From Pyrodictiaceae archaeon (GTDB lineage: Archaea > Thermoproteota > Thermoprotei_A > Sulfolobales > Pyrodictiaceae): 64,000 nt of DNA. Positions 59,669-64,000 of this stretch are shown here, in pieces. Position numbers and translations under genes: made by a program. Location of the stretch: positions 452,880 to 516,879 of the forward strand of contig JALVSY010000007.1 of NCBI GenBank assembly GCA_027036135.1, in the 5' to 3' direction. Positions within the stretch are counted from its first letter, which is position 1; every line of letters begins with the position of its first letter. Below the pieces are notes generated by a model. The model did not search any database and had not been told where the DNA came from. It saw nothing but the letters and a program-made list of their open reading frames with translations.

Positions 59669-60809
59669 CGTCATCGGTATGCTTGTAAACGGTGAGCTAA
59701 GAAACACTCTATCCAGTCACTATCATAGCATCCTTCACAGGGTTGCAGAGATTAGTACATCGGCTAAGGGAGCGCGCCACGTACTCCTAGGAATAGCGTA
59801 TCGCATTGCCCGTAGATTAGGGTTGCTTAGCAGCCCTGCTGTCGGCGAATTAACTTGGGAAATGAATCTCCTTGCCTTGCTCGATATCGTGTATCGTGGA
59901 CCCGAATATAAGCCGTTAATCGAGGCGCTCGACAAGGACGGAAAAGAGACATTAGCGCTATATATATCTGGGCTTGCGTGTCAGACTGGTGTCCAGCAGC
60001 TATGCGAAAAAGCGAAGACGCTCTTTGAGGAGAAATGTCGCTTGCTAGAAGCAATAAGAAAAAGAATACATGTCATACGCAAGCTAGGTGTGAGCCATAC
60101 AAGTGGCCGACCAATATTGCTAGTTAGAATATATGACCCTATAGGCCCGCCTCGCCTTCTTACAGACAGTCTTGACATATTAACAGAGAGCATAGCAACT
60201 ATTAAGCCAAACATATTTAAGAAAATTATTAACAATGCAACGTCGCTAGCAGTACTCGACGTTGGAGCATACAATGGCGAGACCAGTACCAGGTATGCAG
60301 CATTAATGCTCCGCGAAGGAATAAAAGGGACTGTATACGCTATCGAGCCTGACCCGGTATCATACAAGCTCCTAGAATATAATGCACGTCTCTTAGGGCA
60401 TCCAATAAGAACCATCCACGCCTTCCTCGCCTCGAATTATGGTTATGAGATGCTCGTTCCACGGGGTCCTTCTTCGTCCATGTCGAGTATTGCAGGGGCG
60501 GCGGGAAAAGTAAGAATCCGGGTTATACCAGCACACGTTATTGTGGAAAGGGCCTTGAACGAGTCAAACGCGGATCATCTGCACGTAAGAATAGATACAG
60601 AAGGCGCAGAGGACCTCATAATAAACGACCTAATCAATACATTTAAGAGGCTCAGAAGCTTTTCAGCTGAAATAGCTGTTTATCACCGCTTAGGGGATCT
60701 TCTTAAATTCTATAACAAACTGAAGGGCATAGCAACTGGTTTTACACTTGTATGGGCCTCATGCGATTTTCGAGACCTTATGCTCGTCGCTTATAGAGCA
60801 GCTCTCTAG
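59616..60809 (+). CDS. FkbM-family methyltransferase
   Basis: LDVGAYNGE, YAIEPD, RIDTEGAE, AVYH. Confidence 0.85.
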   Translation: MVREWRKYTMKSHPRLNDVIGMLVNGELRNTLSSHYHSILHRVAEISTSAKGARHVLLGIAYRIARRLGLLSSPAVGELTWEMNLLALLDIVYRGPEYKPLIEALDKDGKETLALYISGLACQTGVQQLCEKAKTLFEEKCRLLEAIRKRIHVIRKLGVSHTSGRPILLVRIYDPIGPPRLLTDSLDILTESIATIKPNIFKKIINNATSLAVLDVGAYNGETSTRYAALMLREGIKGTVYAIEPDPVSYKLLEYNARLLGHPIRTIHAFLASNYGYEMLVPRGPSSSMSSIAGAAGKVRIRVIPAHVIVERALNESNADHLHVRIDTEGAEDLIINDLINTFKRLRSFSAEIAVYHRLGDLLKFYNKLKGIATGFTLVWASCDFRDLMLVAYRAAL

Positions 60810-61024
60810 TCATGTGTAGTATATTGTTGTGCTATCTCTTATGGCAAGTAATAGTAGGCCGGAAACGATAGTAAATAAGATAACGATGTCTCATAGCGTA
60901 TAGCTTGGTGCAGCGTCTTAATAAACGATGGTCACATGGTTTACATCTTTCTTTAGCCATGTTCTTTAAATAAAAGGATGACGGGTAGTGCCTGGCTGCC
61001 AACAGTCTTACCGGTTGTCATGCA

Positions 61025-61807
61025 ATGGTCAAGGTTGTTGAGGCTACGAGGCCCCAGGTAGTATTCCACCTAGCAGCATTAACCCCAGTTTCTGAGAGCT
61101 TTTCACCAGCCAGTAACCTATGCAGAGATAAACTATATTGGACAGTAAACCTGCTCGAGGCTCTCCGGAGACACGGCTTTGAGCAACTTCGGCTCTTCGT
61201 ACTAGCTGGCACCACGGAGATGTACGATACCCCGGAACCTATTGAGGATGGCCGGGCTTTTAGCCCAAAGAGCCCCTATGCGGTCAGCAAAGTCGCTGCA
61301 ACGTACTATAACGAGTATATGTGGCATACATACAGGATGCCGACAGTAACAGTTATCCCCACAAATACCTACGGGAGGGCACATGTGGGACAGAGACACT
61401 TCTTCATAGAGAAAATAATTACCAGCATGCTCCTCGGTGCCAAGGAGATAAAACTAGGCAACCCAGAGACCATAAGAGACTGGATGTTCCGCGAAGACCA
61501 CGTCAATGCATACATAAAGGTAATGGAGGCAGCACTTAACGGAAAAGAAGTATTCGGTCAAAGATTCTACTTCGGTACAAGCAAGGACTATATAACCAGA
61601 GAGACGTTCGAAAAAGTTAAGCGGCTCATAGGCTGGGAGGGCCGTGCTATTTGGAACGTATACCTACGCCCAAATGATAGCAAAAGAATAATCGTCAACC
61701 CCGAGAGAGCAAAGAAAGTACTGGGCTGGGCTCCGCGCTACAATCTCGAGGAAGGGCTACGAAGAGCCATAAACGAGTGGAAAGAAGTACTCAGCCTAAC
61801 CTCATAG
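61025..61807 (+). pseudogene. N-terminally truncated GDP-mannose 4,6-dehydratase-like SDR
   Basis: FHLAA, GTTEMY, SPYAVSK, LGN....RDW are present; the GxxGxxG Rossmann N-terminus is missing. Confidence 0.75.
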
Positions 61808-63181
61808 CACTTGTGTTATTATCTTGTCTAGCTCTGGGTGCCTCGCTGACCTAAGATGCCTCAGTAGTAGCTCGCGTAGCCTTTGCGCTATCTCCCTCTC
61901 CTCCTCTACGAGGTTTTGTTTTTCTCCCGGATCCCTGTCTATTTTGAAGAGCTCTCTTTGATCATGGTGCTTTGCGCCGCACCGAGGACATTTCTCTGGC
62001 CGATTGTGCATGAAACTTTCAATATACTTCCATGATCCAGCGATTATGCCGAAAAGCGTATCTAGCCCTGGCTTATCGGCCACCATCCCGAAGTAAAGAA
62101 CTCGGTTCCCATCCATGTCGGGGGCATTGGGCAATGAAAGGTCTAAGCCGTCCCATCTCCTAGAAAGCCTTCTATATAGCTCCTCGTCTATTGCACCAGA
62201 TACACGTAGGATGCCGAAAATTGTTGGCGCGACATCAACTAGTGAGACGCGATTAAGCATGATTGGTTCCTCTCTCCCTGCAGGTTTTATAGCAAGGAAG
62301 GATCTAATTACCTCCTCGTGTACTGTGTGGTGATCGAAGAAGGCGCCGTGTTCTCCTAGCGACTCGCCGTGATCAGAATAGATAATGATTAATGTGTCAT
62401 CGTATAGGCCCGTGTCACGTAACTTGTCTATGAAGAGGCGAAGCGCCTCTCCGACGCTGCATGCTGCTGCCTGGTACCTTTCAATAATGTCTTCGATTGT
62501 GTGGGCTCCCCAGGCTACTAGGTCGCGTAAGTAGCGCCTCCACTGCTCATCTATTACTTTCTCGAGGAGAACCGAGAGCGGTGTACCGGGCCGGCGTTTA
62601 GGGCTACAATGGGTTACGAGATAAGGTGTATGTGTGTCCCAGATATGCACAAATGCTAGGAATGGTTTCTTCGCCCCCTTTAGGCCACGCAATACTTGAC
62701 CAAGAATGGTGATAACGGGAGGATAAGGTGTCGGAGGATTTCGGAAAAATGCATGAGCTATCTTTCGCGAAGCCCGTAGCGCGGCGTGCTTTGCAACGTA
62801 ACTAAGCTTTATCAATCCGTGGCGCAGGGCTGGCAGCTCTATGTATCTTTTGAAGCCTCTACGATGCCAACGTCCAAGAATATCATAGGCCATTGTCTCG
62901 TAGCCATTAGAGGCAAGCACTTCGGGTAGCCAATTATCCCTTGTCCTAAGCCTAAGTAACATTGTCTCGGTTCCTGTAACCCATGGTCCATGGCGTAGGA
63001 TGCCGTGCCTTACCGGGTACATGCCAGTAAAAACCGTTGTAACTACGGGATCCGTTCCGTAGAGAGGTGTGTAGACCTCTTTGTAGACTAGCCAGTCAGA
63101 GCCAAGTGCACTAGAAACGTATCGGGCATAGTCGCTTCGTAACGCATCTATGTGAATAATCAATATATTGGGTCTAGCCAT
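61802..63181 (-). CDS. Sulfatase/alkaline-phosphatase superfamily enzyme
   Basis: PNILIIHIDALR, TDP..T..FTG.YP..HG, HIWDTHTPY, SDHGE, DPGEKQN. Confidence 0.9.
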   Translation of the reverse strand: MARPNILIIHIDALRSDYARYVSSALGSDWLVYKEVYTPLYGTDPVVTTVFTGMYPVRHGILRHGPWVTGTETMLLRLRTRDNWLPEVLASNGYETMAYDILGRWHRRGFKRYIELPALRHGLIKLSYVAKHAALRASRKIAHAFFRNPPTPYPPVITILGQVLRGLKGAKKPFLAFVHIWDTHTPYLVTHCSPKRRPGTPLSVLLEKVIDEQWRRYLRDLVAWGAHTIEDIIERYQAAACSVGEALRLFIDKLRDTGLYDDTLIIIYSDHGESLGEHGAFFDHHTVHEEVIRSFLAIKPAGREEPIMLNRVSLVDVAPTIFGILRVSGAIDEELYRRLSRRWDGLDLSLPNAPDMDGNRVLYFGMVADKPGLDTLFGIIAGSWKYIESFMHNRPEKCPRCGAKHHDQRELFKIDRDPGEKQNLVEEEREIAQRLRELLLRHLRSARHPELDKIITQVL

Positions 63182-63495
63182 ATCTTACCCCATTAATCGT
63201 GTCGTATTATCCAAAACATAGCACTTGACTACGTGCCTTCCTTAATATGAGTTGAGTACCTGTAGCTATGTAGCAACGAGCCTAGTATAGTTACGACGGA
63301 GGATATACGAGAGAGGCACTTGCTCCGCCTAGCTATGGCTTAATTAAGGCAATGATTCAATCAAGTCCAGCATGAGGTATCTTTGTTACTAGTGATATTA
63401 GATCCATCATGAAGCTCGCTTTATATTGTGAAATATCCCACCTTAACTATAATGTTGATGACCATGTGACCATGTTGGCCACCTCATCGTCTGCA

Positions 63496-63999
63496 TTATT
63501 GTTTTCTTAGCTCTGCGTATAGCTTGTATAGCTCGTCTATTCTCTTATTTGTCCCGTCAATTCTCTTGTTTATTTCCTCTATCTTGACTAGCAGGGTTTC
63601 TTGAACTCTATCAATCCTCCTATTAGTCTCCTCAATCTTGGCTAGCAAGGCTTCTTGTACCTTGTCGATTCTCCTATTAGTATCGTCTATTCTTCGGTTA
63701 GTCTCCTCGATCTTTGCTAGTAGGGTGGCTTGGACGGAATTTATTCTTGCTGATAGAGTTTCTTGTACCTTGTCTATTCGTTTATTTGTTTCCTCTATCT
63801 TGGCCGATAGCGTCTCATGTACCTTGTCTATTCTCTTGTTAGTCTCATCTATTCTCTTGTTTGTTTCATCTATTCTCTTATTGGTTTCCTTTATTTCGTC
63901 TCCTAGCTCTCTCCTTGTCTCCCGTATCTCTTCCCTTAGCTCCCGTGTCTCCTTATGGGTTAGGTCTAGGTAGAGGAGCAGAATATCCTCTGTGCTAAG
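63496..63999 (-). CDS. Repetitive coiled-coil protein (PaREP15-like), 5'-truncated by the window
   Basis: Manual translation LSTEDILLLYLDL...(ETNKRID)n interleaved with KVQETLxAKIE; stop TAA at 63496-98. Confidence 0.85.
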   Translation of the reverse strand, partial: LSTEDILLLYLDLTHKETRELREEIRETRRELGDEIKETNKRIDETNKRIDETNKRIDKVHETLSAKIEETNKRIDKVQETLSARINSVQATLLAKIEETNRRIDDTNRRIDKVQEALLAKIEETNRRIDRVQETLLVKIEEINKRIDGTNKRIDELYKLYAELRKQ

Positions 64000-64000
64000 C

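Noticed and set aside
63638-63973. Plus-strand repetitive 111-aa ORF
   Set aside because: Antisense shadow of the minus-strand coiled-coil gene.

Overview
Window from a hyperthermophilic crenarchaeon; gene order, archaeal/eukaryote-type r-proteins and PaREP-like families point to Desulfurococcales/Pyrodictiaceae-like (inference). 1-2.6 kb: 3' part of an AT-rich Ced DNA-import locus (cedA, an unannotated cedA2-like microgene, cedB) overlapping a displaced rpl2-rps19 pair. 3.9-10.4 kb: methyltransferase, MoxR/VWA pair, small hypotheticals, three unannotated C/D-box sRNA candidates (two with recognisable rRNA-complementary guides) and a 36-aa basic microgene. 10.5-29.7 kb: S10/spc ribosomal supercluster (rpl3 to rpl15, secY, adk, rpl34e, cmk, rpl14e, cbf5), with a K-turn hairpin where rpl2-rps19 normally sit and a HEPN/MNT pair inserted before cbf5. 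31-64 kb: mosaic surface-glycosylation island (about ten GT2/GT4 genes, flippase, NDP-sugar enzymes, FkbM methyltransferase, sulfatase-like gene, GT-C-like membrane protein). It is interleaved with pseudogenes, two DUF4258/DUF2283 pairs, duplicated ATPases and orphan genes with near-identical 3' tracts, PaREP-type genes, and an ABC-ATPase + TOPRIM-like gene pair that is a candidate antiviral system. No rRNA, tRNA, CRISPR array or transposase was seen. All family assignments are from motif recognition and recalled knowledge, not database searches.
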